Assembly: GCF_009914755.1 (NCBI RefSeq) | Contig: NC_060942.1 | Origin: the human T2T-CHM13v2.0 reference genome, Homo sapiens | DNA length: 64,000 nucleotides | Strand: one strand, 5' to 3' | Shown here: one piece after another, positions 1 through 14,359 of the stretch | Layout: every line of letters begins with the position of its first letter | How positions within the stretch are numbered: the first letter of the stretch is position 1 | Translations under genes and position numbers: made by a program | Notes under the pieces: generated by a model | What the model was told of the DNA's origin: nothing | What the model saw: only the letters and a program-made list of their open reading frames with translations | The model's database searches: none

Positions 1-524
1 TGTTCATTATGGTAACTTTTCCAAAGCATACATGCTGGAGGTCCATTCCTTGATTTTCTGATTTGGTAGATATAGAGTTAACAGGATGCATCCAGTTAAA
101 AATTTCTGAAGGGAGCTGATGCCCTTGTTTGGTTGAAACCATTTTTTTCCCTAGCCATGTCTAGGTGAGAAAAGAAATTCTAAATTGTTTCATGTAAGCA
201 GGTAGGATAACCAGTGCAACATTATTGATTTATTTATTTTGTGGCTCTAAGGAAATCCATGGCAGATGATGTGGGAGCATAGTTTTATAATTTTTCTCAT
301 ACTGTTTTTTGACTTTCGCATTGAATGATGAGCTATCATGAGAAGTGCTGAATGTGAATTCTGTAAATTAAAACAAAGTTACCCTAGACTCTTCATCTCG
401 GGTAACTGAGATTCCAAAAACAAGAGTATCTGGCAATTTTTATGCTGTACATTGAAACTTTGGAGATTCAGTTTTTGCAATCAAGCCCACTTGAGAAGTA
501 GGAAATCTTATAGATAAAAGGAAG

Positions 525-642
525 AGACAGGGCTTTAGAGTTAGAAAGAATTGTGTTTGAATCCCCACAGCTCCAGTTTACTAGTCCACATTTAGGGCTT
601 TGGGCAATGCTTAGTTTCTTAATCTGTAAAGGGGAATAAGTC
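525..642 (+). mobile_element. MIR (SINE) fragment
   Basis: MIR core-like: gggctttagagttag...gtttgaatccc...cttagtttcttaatctgtaaagggg. Confidence 0.6.
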
Positions 643-669
643 ACTATAAAGATGAAATAAAATAAAACC

Positions 670-1545
670 CAATTTTTTTCTCATTAAAGTTTAATAAAAT
701 TTATCAATCACTAGTAAGTCTGATCAACAACAAAAAAGAAAAAATACAAAGAACCAGTATGAAAACTGAAAAGGTTATATCGTTAGAGATCCTATGGACA
801 TTAATAGGATAGTAAAATTTATAAGCAACTTTCCGCTAATAAATTTGACCACATGGGTGAAATGAACAAATTACTGGGGGGAGTGGAGGAACTTACTAAA
901 ACTGACAGAAAATGTAACAGAAAATCTGAATACTGTTATACTTACTTTAAAAGTTGACTTTGTAACAAAAAGTATTCCCCCCTATAAATTCCAGACCTAG
1001 CTGATTTCACTGGCGAATCCACCAAATGTTAGAAGAGAAATAATACCAGTTCTGCACAAATACCTTTAAAAAATAGGAAAAACAGGAATATTTATTCACT
1101 CATTTTATCACAGCACTAACATGATATCAAAAGCAGCAAATAAAAATAAAGTGGTATACGAATAAATCTTCTAAAGATATAAAAACTTTAACCTAATGTA
1201 AATGACGAGTTAATAGGTGCAGCACACCAACATGGCACATGTATACATATGTAACAAACTTGCACGTTGTGCACATGTACCCTAAAACTTAAAGTATAAT
1301 TAAAAAAAAACTTTAACAAATATCAGCAAGTTTAATAGAGCAACAAATAATTCTATAATAAATCATAATCAGGTAGGATTTACCTCAGGAGTGCAAAGTT
1401 CATTCAATGTTAGAAAACCAAGAATGTTGCTCATTTATTCAACAGAAAAAAAAAAGCCATCTTTCACCATTTTAAAAGATATTGACAAATCCTTTGATAA
1501 AATTAAATACCTGTTAACAACATCAACAACAACAACAAAAAAACT
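670..1545 (+). mobile_element. Old L1M ORF2 fragment, interrupted by a short L1PA 3' end
   Basis: Degenerate ORF2 motifs (gctaataaatttgac...gaaatgaacaaatt; gatttcactggcgaatccaccaaatg; tttgataaaattaaatacc); no open frame. Confidence 0.7.
1191..1310 (+). mobile_element. ~120 bp 5'-truncated young L1PA (L1PA3/4-like) 3' terminus with TSD
   Basis: cctaatgtaaatgacgag...catggcacatgtatacatatgtaac...ccctaaaacttaaagtataat plus A-tail; 12-bp TSD aaaaactttaac at 1181-1192 and 1306-1317. Confidence 0.9.
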
Positions 1546-1619
1546 TTGGGGCAGGTGCAGTGTCTCACCCCTGTAATAGATTGATAAATAGATAAAGAAA
1601 ATATCAAAATATCAAAATA

Positions 1620-2000
1620 AATTGATAGATAAATGGATAAAGAAAATATGGCATATGCATGCAATGGAATATGGTTCTACCTAAAAAAAGAAAATCATGT
1701 CACACGCCGCAATAAGCATAAAACTGTAGGACATTATGTGAGGTGAAATGTATGATTTCATTTATGTGAGCTATCTTAAGTAGTCAAACTCATAGGAACA
1801 GAAAGTAGAATGGTATTTGTCAAGAGCCAGGGAAAGGGTGAAAGGGGCAGTTGTTGCTTAAGGGCTACTGAGATTTAGTTTTGCAAGATGTAAAAGTTCT
1901 AGACATCTGCCTCATAACAATGAATATACTTAATACTACTAAACTGTACATGTAAAAAGGTATAAGATGGCAAAATTTGTGTTTTTATTGCAATTAATAT
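1620..2000 (+). mobile_element. L1MA/L1MB-type 3' end
   Basis: gataaatggataaagaaaatatggc...ttagttttgcaagatgtaaaagttctag...actaaactgtacatgtaaaa. Confidence 0.75.
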
Positions 2001-2079
2001 TTTGTAAAATGATACTGAAAAGAAATACAGTGTTATAGCATTCCAAAACTTAAAAATAAATAAAATAAAATAAAATAAA

Positions 2080-3494
<1,415 letters not shown>

Positions 3495-3873
3495 TTTCAG
3501 GTGGCTTAAATTTGACCTTAATCAAATTTGATCTTAATCAAAAGAGAAAATTTGAAAGACATATACACAAGTCATATCCTTTTTGGTTTTCCTCTTCTGC
3601 GTATCATAAAATAACATTAAAATACTAATTTGGGCCTATTTTGACCGTTTCTACCACTTCTCCTATTAAGAAGGCAAAATTGTACTCTATATTTCCTACG
3701 CTCAAGGACATTTGCAAGGATAAATCAAGAAGCCAGAGGATGACAAAACATTGATAAAATGTTGTTCATGAAAGTCTAACATCACTGAGGAGAGTTAGAT
3801 GGACACCCAGAGTGGGTAGCCAGAGTGTTTGAAAGATAGAGACTAGAGAGCCTTGTGAAGGGATGAAACTTGA

Positions 3874-4182
<309 letters not shown>

Positions 4183-5229
4183 AGGAGTCTTCTTGTGTAG
4201 TCCTAGCGAAGGTGACAGAGCCTTCAGAAAGAGTGTTTCCTATTCAGGGAACCTAGGGAGGCTAGTAAATAGCCACTGAGGTGACAGACCTGAGAAAACA
4301 CACCTGTGTGCATGGCAGCATCACATCAGAGCTACTGGGCTTCATAGAATAGGGGCTACCCAGAGGTAATACACAGGGAAATGTTAGTGGATAGTATACC
4401 CCCAAAATTATTCTAAGCATAAGACACCCATACACTCCCCTTGGGATCATCACACAACCCTGATAATAAACCCTAATAATTATGTATATTTAACTATCTC
4501 ACCTCATATCTGTCCTTTAGAGTTGTTTTTTTGTGTGCACTTGTAAAGTTCCATTATCAGGAGTCAAGAAGGAAACTGCACTCAGAGAAATACCTGCTTA
4601 CTACCGGGAATCATGACTTCACAGGCAAGGACCAAGAAGATTCCAGGGTTCCAGAGAGCTCAGAGGCAGCTGCTATGGGAGGTGTCAAGTGGGAGCTATA
4701 GAACATTCACAAGACACTATACCCTGCCTTACCTCCAACACTGACAGGCTCAGCAACACTGCCAGCCTCAGAATCACCAGGGTTAATCTCAACATGGCCC
4801 TTTACCCAGCATTTCCAGGCCTTCCACCATCTTCAAACTTCCCATTTTCTGACATCATCTCTCATCCTTCCTCACCTGTAATTGTTCCACTACCTTTCTT
4901 GGAACATAGGAAGCATGCCAAAGAAGTGACGTATATTTTAAATGCATCTGAAGATTCTAACAATGTTCAATCAATAGAATGGAATATGCACTTTATAAGG
5001 TTAACCTGGGTACCATGGATTTGAAACATAATTATTCTGCCAGGAACAATTGTGGTTATCTCTGTGGTGCAAAGATGGGAAAGTCTATAAATAATGAAGT
5101 AAGTAATCCACTTTCTATGAGCTGGGTATGTGTGGGCATATTTTCTTTTAAGGAGTATTATTTATATCCGAAGGGTTTTCTTGATTTGTTTAATCTTTGG
5201 CTGAGAGTTCTGATCTGCCCTCTTTCCTA

Positions 5230-7230
5230 ACTCATGAAACCCTTCCACATTCCCTCTGGAAGAAACAATTCTGTATCCTCAGTCTCCTCACCATTTTCTC
5301 TGAGCGAAGTCTGGTTCTCCCTGAGGACACTGCTTCACTTGTGGCCATCTCAACTGGTGGCTGGTATCTCTTCCACACTCATAAAACCACTGGGCCTGGA
5401 GGTGGAATAAGAGTATTCTTTGCTCCTCATTTCAGTTTTTAGTTTACTCTTTTTTCCTCCTCCTTAAAATCAGCCAATTTGAATATCTTCTTATCAGACT
5501 TCACCACCTATGACTCCATCTTGTTGCAATCATCAGCCAAGCCTTCAATTGCTCTTCCTTGTCTGTGCTTCCCTCTCCCACCCTTCATTACAGTCCTGTC
5601 ATAATTCTTGGGTGAATTCAGTATCCAGGCATACAGTCTTTCTAATATCTTGGTCTCTGAGCTTGTTGACCTATTCACGGTCAGTAATCTTGACATCCTA
5701 TCTCTATTCTAAGACAATCTCCTTCATCACACTCTAGGGCTCAACACAAATTCGTGAAAGCCTACATACTAACAGCTCCATTCCATAATCACCGCCTTCT
5801 GTCTTTCAGGCTTACCTCTCCTTCAGCCACAAATCCAGTAATTTCTCAACAGTATAGGGATCCACAATCTATTTTCACTACCCCTCACCCCCTAATTTCC
5901 TCTTATCTAGCTTAATTCCATCATCAGTTATGGTAATCCTTCCCAACCATGTACTATCTATTCTCTTTTCTTTTGTTCTGACTTCTTTTGTCTTGACAAA
6001 ACCCAGTCATTCTAAAATCCAGCTTAGTACCTATTTCCTACCTGTATACCTGCTTGAGGAAAGTTTTAAATAATGCTGTCTCACAATAAATTTATAATCA
6101 TTAACTTCAAATCTGCTTTTAATGCTAACCTACAATCATTCCATATTCTTCAATTGCATTTATTCCCCCAATCTCCTATGCAATTATTTTATCTTTTCCT
6201 TTCTCCTCAAACCTCAAACATTTCCTCTCATCCTTAATCTCCTAGTGTCTTTTCTGTACTGCAGGCTCATCCAACTGCTTACTTTACATTTTCATTTAAT
6301 TGTATAATTAATTTTTCAATTTTACCATGTTCAAAATTGAACTCTAATCTTCCTCTGAAATCTGCTTCTCCCAGTTTCCCCATGTTAGATAATGCCAAAT
6401 CTTTCTGTCAGTTCTCAGGTGAAAATTCTTGTGGTTGTCTTTTATTCTTCTCCTTCATGTGACAAATCCAAGCCATCAATAAATCCTGAGAGATCTGCCT
6501 TAAAGAGTTCTACAGATTTTGACCAGTTATCATCACCTCTACTATTGCTACCATTCAAGCCACCATCTTCTCTCAAGTGGCTTATTGCAATAGCCTCTTC
6601 GTTGAGCCTGCTCCCTGGTTTTGTCTTTGGCCATCTTCATTTGATTCTCAATATAGCACTTTCAGTAATTTTAAATGGCAATTTAGTTCTGTCCTTTCTC
6701 TATGAAAATCACATATAATGGCCTGTTGTCCCCTATATGATCCTCCCAAGTCTTCCTGAACTCATCTGTTCACTTTGCTTCTTCCGCTGTACCCAAGTTG
6801 ATATTGTTCTTCTGTTTCCCCAGTGCAACAGGGCTGCTCCCACCTCTGACCCTTTGCATTGGCTGTTCCCTCTGCGCGGAACACTCTCCCTGTAGGTATA
6901 TGCATAGATCAATTTCTCTTTTTAGTTTAGTTTTTGCTCAAATGCCACCTTATTATTAAGATTTCCATGGCCACTATATTTGGAATTTCAACGATGTTAT
7001 ATCTCCTGATACCACCTATCCTTTTGTGTCATATCTTTCACTAGGCATCTTAAAAATGTACAGTGGTCTATCTATTTCACTTATGGATTTTTATTACTGT
7101 CTGCCTTTCCCTACTCAAGTTCCATGAAAGCAGGTATTTTTACCCTTTTCATTCACTACAGCATCTTAGCTGCTAGGACAATGTTTGTCACCTAATAAAC
7201 ACTCAATAAATATTTATCGAAGACATGAAC
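5230..7230 (+). mobile_element. L2 (L2a-like) LINE, degraded, with 3' end
   Basis: Pyrimidine-rich L2 body (cctttgcattggctgttccctctgc; caagttccatgaaagcagg) ending actcaataaatatttatcgaa. Confidence 0.8.
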
Positions 7231-8139
7231 AAATATGTCCAGAATGGTGGTGACATATGTTACTCAGGTCTGATATCTTTCCACTAATGGAGGAAGCAAT
7301 TTCCCTGGCTCTGCCAATCACTTGTTTAGGCACATATTCATCACAGTTTCAGGGCGTGGACAATAGATAATTATTAGCAACATTCTTTCTTAAGTTTACA
7401 AATAACTAACAATGTAGAATTTTCAAAATGAAGATATCAAATGAAAACAAGGTAAATCAGAAGAAAACTACTGAACTAGAAATGTGAAGAACCTCCAAAA
7501 TCCAGTGCTTAAACAATTTTGTCATTGATCATAGGTCTTAATGAATACCTTAATTAAAGTCTTAATGAATTCCCAGAACCAAAAAGTAAGGCACAATTAT
7601 GACTTTTTATATATACCTGTGGATATAGACAGGCATATGCCATGAGACATAAGGGTAGACCTGGTGGCAGCTAATTAAGGAAGTTAAAATTGTAAACATT
7701 ATCAGTGGAAAAGAGACTGTTCTCTTTAAATGGCCCCAGAGTCAAAGTTGAATCTATATATTAATTATAAAGATATTCATGGATTCTCTGAGCAGGGGAT
7801 ATAAAATGGAAGCAATAGTAATGAAATAGAGTTAAGCAGACTCAAAATCTGAGGCCTGGGGAGAGTTTAAAGCAAACCATGATTTCAGCAGAGGGAAAAG
7901 AAATATGTATCATAAAACACTTGAAGCTATTAGACCATGTAGAACAAAGCAAGATGGTTCTGGATTTCTACACTTGAATGCTCAACACCAGGTACTACAC
8001 TGCTTTTAAAAATACAAAGAAAGTGGAAAATTCTAACAGCAGCAAAGGATCAAATAATAGTCAATACAGGAAAATAATTGCCTAGGAGTGCTCTGTCCAT
8101 CTCCTCAACTGAGTGTGTGCTTATTTCATCCCCCCACCT

Positions 8140-8388
8140 CTTTTTTTTTTCCTCTTTCCACTTTTGTTTTAGGTTCAAGGGGTACTTGTGCAGGTTTGTT
8201 ACATGGGCAAAGTAGTTGCTGCTGGGGTTTGGTGGACAAATAATTTCATCACCCAGGCAGTGAGCATGGTACTGGAGAGGTAGTTTTTTGACCCTTACTT
8301 ACCCTCCTCCCACTCTCAAGTACTCAAGTAGTACCCAGTACTGGGGACTATTCTATTCCCCTCTTTGTGCCTATGTGTACTCAATGTA
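8140..8388 (-). mobile_element. L1PA13-16-like 3' end
   Basis: Poly-T then gttcaaggggtacttgtgcaggtttgttacatggg...catcacccaggcagtgagcatggtac. Confidence 0.85.
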
Positions 8389-8394
8389 CATCCT

Positions 8395-8755
8395 TGTCTT
8401 AGTCTGTTTTGCTGTTGTTATAATAGAATACCACAGACTGGTAATTTATTTTAAAAAGAAACTTATTTCTCACAGTTCTGGAGGCTAGGAAGTCCAATAT
8501 CAAAGAACCATCATCTGGTAGGGGCCTTTGGGCTGAGTCATCCCAAGGCAGAAGGCAGAAGAGAAAGACAAGGCGAGAGTAAGAGAGGCTAAACTCGTTA
8601 TTATAGCAACCCATTCTCACAATAACTACATTAATCTATTCATGAAGGTAGAGTCCTATGGCCCAACCACACCTCAATGGTCCCAACTCTCAACACTTTT
8701 ACAATGAAAATAAAATTTCAACATGAGTTTTGGAGAGGATATTCAAACCACAGCA
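8395..8755 (-). mobile_element. MaLR solo LTR (MSTC/MSTD-like)
   Basis: tgtcttagtc...tttctcacagttctggaggctaggaagtcc...aaaccacagca; 5-bp near-TSD atcct/atccc. Confidence 0.85.
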
Positions 8756-8759
8756 ATCC

Positions 8760-11230
8760 CCACCCAGACTCAGATAGTAAATGCCTAGTATGTTTCTTCA
8801 CCAACTTTTCCACATACACACACACACACACACACACACATTTTTTGTGCATTATTGTTGCTCATTGGTTTTTACCAGAATGGAATCATGCTATCCACCA
8901 CTTGCCTTTTTTGCTTAACAATACAACAAGAACTTCCCTTCAGCCAATGAACATAAATGTATCTCACTCTTTAAAAAAATCATATATTTCATATTCTAGA
9001 TAATATTTCATATTCAGTTTTTTCGAACATTTACTACTAAAAATAATGCCATAAGTGTCCTTATACAATTATTCTTCTGTATGTGTATGTGCACACGCAC
9101 CTTTATTTTAATTGTGTCTGTGTGCACGCTTGCACATGCACCTTTATTTTTATAGGAAAGATTCCCAAAGTAGTTCATTTGATTCAAAGCATTTAATCAA
9201 GTTTTATGAAATTACTTTCTGAAAAGTTTCACTTTGCCATCAGCAATGTATGAGTTTATTCATTTTCTTTTATTGTTCCTTTAAATCATGGCCAGTGCGA
9301 AGGGTGAAATTGTTATTTCATTTTGCTTTTATTAAAATTTTTCTAACTAATTTTGAGGGTGAGCATCTCTCATATATTTGTGCCATTGCATTTCCCTATC
9401 TGTGAATTGCTAATTTGTAGCCTCTATTTTCCCAATAAATTGTAGGATATTTTCTTATCTTACATATAAAATCTGTTGGAATATTAGTAATATTACATAC
9501 ATGAGATGTAATTTTTCCCTAGTTTATTACTAGTCTTTTGGCTTTTTTATGGTAGCTTTTTCATACCTAAACTGACTGTCCTTATCTCCTCTGACAAGTT
9601 TATCTTTCTTTTAATATAGCTTCTGGATTTCCAGTTTTGCTAGGGAATGTTACCTTTAACCAAATTTATACAAATGTTTTCTTAAACTTGATTATAATTT
9701 TATTGTAAAATAAATAAGTTGTATTTATTATACAACAAATTATACATATTTATTAAATTGTCTTTATTATATAATAAATTATGTTTATTAACTTGTATTT
9801 ATTAAATAATAAATTCACTGCCTTTATTAAATTAATTGTATAATAATATAATTTTTATTTGAATCCTTCACCCATCTGGAATATTTGTTTGAATACAGTG
9901 TGGGACAGAGGATTTGGAGGATTTGACTGATGTATATTCACATGGGTGGCCAATCGTGATACCACAGTTTACTGACTAAATGTTATTTTCCAGTAAATTA
10001 AAATGTCATCTTTGTCATACATTAGATTACTACTTATATATATTTATGGCTATTCTTTGGTAAAAATTATGCTATTTGCAGTGTAGTGGTTTTGTGACCA
10101 ATTTTTAATTCCATTAAACCAGTCCTCCCTCCCTATTTTCTTCATTACTTTTGGCAATTCCCAAATATTTAGTTTTTTTTATGTGAAATTTGAGATTGTT
10201 TTCTCCATTCAAAAATTCCATAACTTGTAGGTTTTCTATTTAAAAATTTATTAAATTTACATATCCAATTTTTCAGGTCCTGCTTCATGCTGCTCAATTG
10301 TATTTTATGAAAAACTTAGTATATGACCTACACAACCCTTCTTAAATTTCTTCAACATATTTTATAGCTTTTACTCCAATGGTGCATGAATTACTTTTAT
10401 CCTTTGCATCCCTGTGTGTTTATTGGTTGTACAGAGAAATCATATTGATCTTTATGTAACCCAGGCTGGAGTGCAGTGGCCTGATCATAGCTCACTGCAG
10501 CCTTAAACTCCTGGACTCAAGCAATTATCCTGCCTCAGCCTCCCAAAGTGCTGAGATTACAGGTGTGAGCCACCATACCCGGTCCAGCAAACTTTAAACA
10601 AAATTAATTCTAGGAGATTTTATTAATCTGTTGGTTTTTTTAGGTATAGAATTAGACTACCAACAACTGAAGATAGTTTTGTCTCCTGTCATGTGAATTT
10701 TCCTCTCTCACTGCATTAGCAAGGACCACCAAAAATATTGAGTCACAGAAGTAATAGTGAGTCTTCCTGAATATTCTGATTTTCAGAATTTAGTTTGTTA
10801 GCGATTTTTTGAATATGCTCTTTGTTAACTTAGATTTTTTTATTCCTATTTTAAGATTTTCTTAAAAGTTGTTGCAGTATTATATCAAACATCTTTTCAG
10901 TATGTCACGATATAATTAAAACACATTGTAATTATAAATGTTAATGAAAAGATTTATTGATATTGTATTCCCAGAATAAGTCCTGCTTTATCCTTATTTT
11001 TTTTAAAAGCACTGTTCTAGTTTCAATTTGCAAACACTTTATATAAGATTTTTGCAAATTTATTCAGAATGAAAAAAGTGTCTTGCTTTGTTAGGACAAC
11101 TTTGGATAATTAAAATTATATCAGCTTCATTGAACAAATTAAATATATTTCCACTTTGTGTGGTCTAATGTATGTTAAATGACATAGAGATAATTTAAAA
11201 TTGAAATAAATATATAAATATGAATTTAAT
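8760..11230 (-). mobile_element. Old L1ME-like LINE (3' end at left), with (CA)n at ~8812-8841 and an AT-rich patch at 9690-9860
   Basis: T-rich antisense L1 motifs (gagggtgagcatctctcatat; tgcattagcaaggaccacc; attgtattcccagaataagtcctgctt). Confidence 0.65.
10460..10584 (-). mobile_element. Alu monomer (FLAM-like)
   Basis: cccaggctggagtgcagtggc...ctcccaaagtgctgagattacaggtgtgagccacc as a single monomer. Confidence 0.85.
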
Positions 11231-11547
11231 ATGTAGTATGGGTGACATTTCTCATTGGGAAAAATAAACATTATTAAATAAATAATGTGCAATAAATGGG
11301 TAGTATTCAGATAAGATAACTTCACTGCTTATATATTTCCAGTAGATCTAAGATTTAAATGTACAATAAATGCAACCATAAACACTTTAGAGATAAACAG
11401 GGAGGGTAACAATTTTTGCTACATCTTCTTTACCTGAAAGAAGGGAAAGCCTTTCAAGGTACGACAACAAAAAAGAAAAGCAGTAATTAAAATAGACAAG
11501 TTTTACCCCATTAAAACAAGTATTTCTTCATAGCAAAAACCAACTTC

Positions 11548-11866
11548 ATGAGTCAGGATCCCAGCCAAAAACAAAAGTAAACTCAGATGGGTTTAGAAGG
11601 AAAGTCTTCAATGAATGAAACACCTGTAGCAGAAGGATTGGATTAAGGGAAAGAGAGAGGAAGTGTCGAAGCAACCAGAAATTACCAATGACAGGAAAAC
11701 ATTTCCACCCATTGGTTTGAAGGGGAAAGGGGGTGAAATTATGTTACTGGAACTATGGAGTAGTGGCAGCCCATCAGTAGAGATACAGCAACTGCCAGAA
11801 ATGAGTCTCAAAGCAGAAAGGAAAAAGAAAAATAAAATTACCCCAACCTATCTTTCTCCTGACTCC
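11548..11866 (-). mobile_element. Ancient ERVL-type LTR fragment (LTR41-like)
   Basis: gtcaggatcccagc...cagatggg...ttcaatgaa...gattaaggg...tgaaggggaaagggg resembles old ERVL LTRs; subfamily uncertain. Confidence 0.4.
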
Positions 11867-11867
11867 T

Positions 11868-12718
<851 letters not shown>

Positions 12719-12945
12719 GATTTGATAGCTGGAAATGGGGTGCTACATTATGCACAGATGCATAACAATGTGGGAATGGCTTTAAAACAAAGCCGAGGTG
12801 AAGACAGAATGGATTTTGCTGGTCATGATAGAGAAAGCCTAAATTGCCTTAAACCAACCATTAGAAAAAATCATGCTGCCAGTGGAGGCTCAAAGCGTGG
12901 GACAGGGCGAGTGTGGGTGTCAAGAATCTGTTATTGGAAACTGGT
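12719..12945 (+). mobile_element. MLT1 internal sequence (5' start) directly after the LTR
   Basis: gatttgatagctggaaatggggtgct...aatgtgggaatggcttt, typical start of MaLR-int. Confidence 0.7.
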
Positions 12946-13960
12946 GTTGGAGGACCACAGCTCCAAAGAACAAATGCCTTTCAAGCCTCTGTTGTCCTTG
13001 TTTGCTAAGGACCCATTGGCCACAGCTTGTCACATGTCCAGTGCAAATCCATGGGGTGGAAAAATCAATCCCACCTATGATGGAAGATAAAGAATGTTTG
13101 GTCATTTTTTAAAATTCTACCACAATATTCCCTCTAATTGTAAATTTCATGTCTCTCCCATTTGCAAAACATTATCCTCAATCCAGGATCCCCAGTGTCT
13201 CTTCCTGTTAGGGCATCAGCCTTGAAGCTCAGAATGTCATGATCTGCATCAGATCTGAATGTGACTCCCTGGATGTTGCTCTTGGGGAGATCTATGCAGT
13301 AAAAAGATAAGTTATCTGACCATTCACATCCAAAATGCAATAATAAGATAAGGATGGGATAGCTACAAGTGTCTCCTTTCAAAAAGGGAGGAATGTACCC
13401 CCAGAAATATATACAATCCTTATGTATGAATTAAAAATTAACAAAAATAAAAATTAAAAAATGTAAGAGTCCTACCCCAAAAGGGGGTGGGGAGGGATGG
13501 GGAATCAGAGATAATAAGCAGTCCCTGGCCCATAACAATTCTGAAATCCACCAGGGAAAATGTCGCAAGTTTCTCTTACTCTGGTGATTGGAATGAGCCT
13601 TGATTAAGTCCTCGTTATGCTCCTAGGAATGGCTCCATTATCTAGTGTTCTATCTATGTCTTAGTTTGGACCCTTTACTATTTACTGTCTTCTGAGACAT
13701 CCCTCCTTCCTATGGACAATTGCAGATGATTAGCTTTCATAGCCTGCCTTTTAACTGTAAAATATTGTGGGTCAGGGACACCTTTTTGAATTTGAGCAAC
13801 CAAAGTCCATTTTAATCCAAGTTGGTAGCCTTCTTGCTAGTACAATCTCCTAAAAAGGTTTGTAGGCTCTCTATGTATTAGATTATTTTCACATTAAATT
13901 TCCCTCAATGAAATGAAAACCATAGCCATAATTCTTCTCAAGACAAGCTTTAAAGATATG
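12946..13960 (-). mobile_element. MLT1H-like LTR 5' part (12946-13124) plus MLT1-int 3' part, antisense; short L1 3' stub at ~13392-13461
   Basis: Minus strand reads ...agagggaatat|tgtggtag...ggccaatgggtccttagcaaac...cagaggcttgaaaggc. Confidence 0.65.
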
Positions 13961-14359
13961 TCTTTCAAAGGTAGATTTTAAATAGTTTCTGATGTATTAA
14001 AAGTAGTTTAATCGGATTTTATCCTTGGGTCTATTTTTGTAATCAGCTTTACTGAAGTATGATTTACACACAATAAAATGTACTTCCTATTTGCCTAATT
14101 AATGGACTGAGCATACCCTATAGCTGTAGGGAATCTTCAGGCAAATAAAAGAAAATTTGGTTTGTAGGGAAAGGAAAGAAATTTTCCTATTTGTTTTTCC
14201 TCTTCACTGGCTCCTGATCTCAGGCCAGTTACAGGAAAAACTAAGTCCCACCTCTGCCTTCCCACCTAGATCTGACAGCTTCATGTAAACTAATAGACTA
14301 AGCCAGATTCCTGAACTGGTTGTGATATTTCTCCAGAGAGTGATTAAGAAAGAGAGAAT

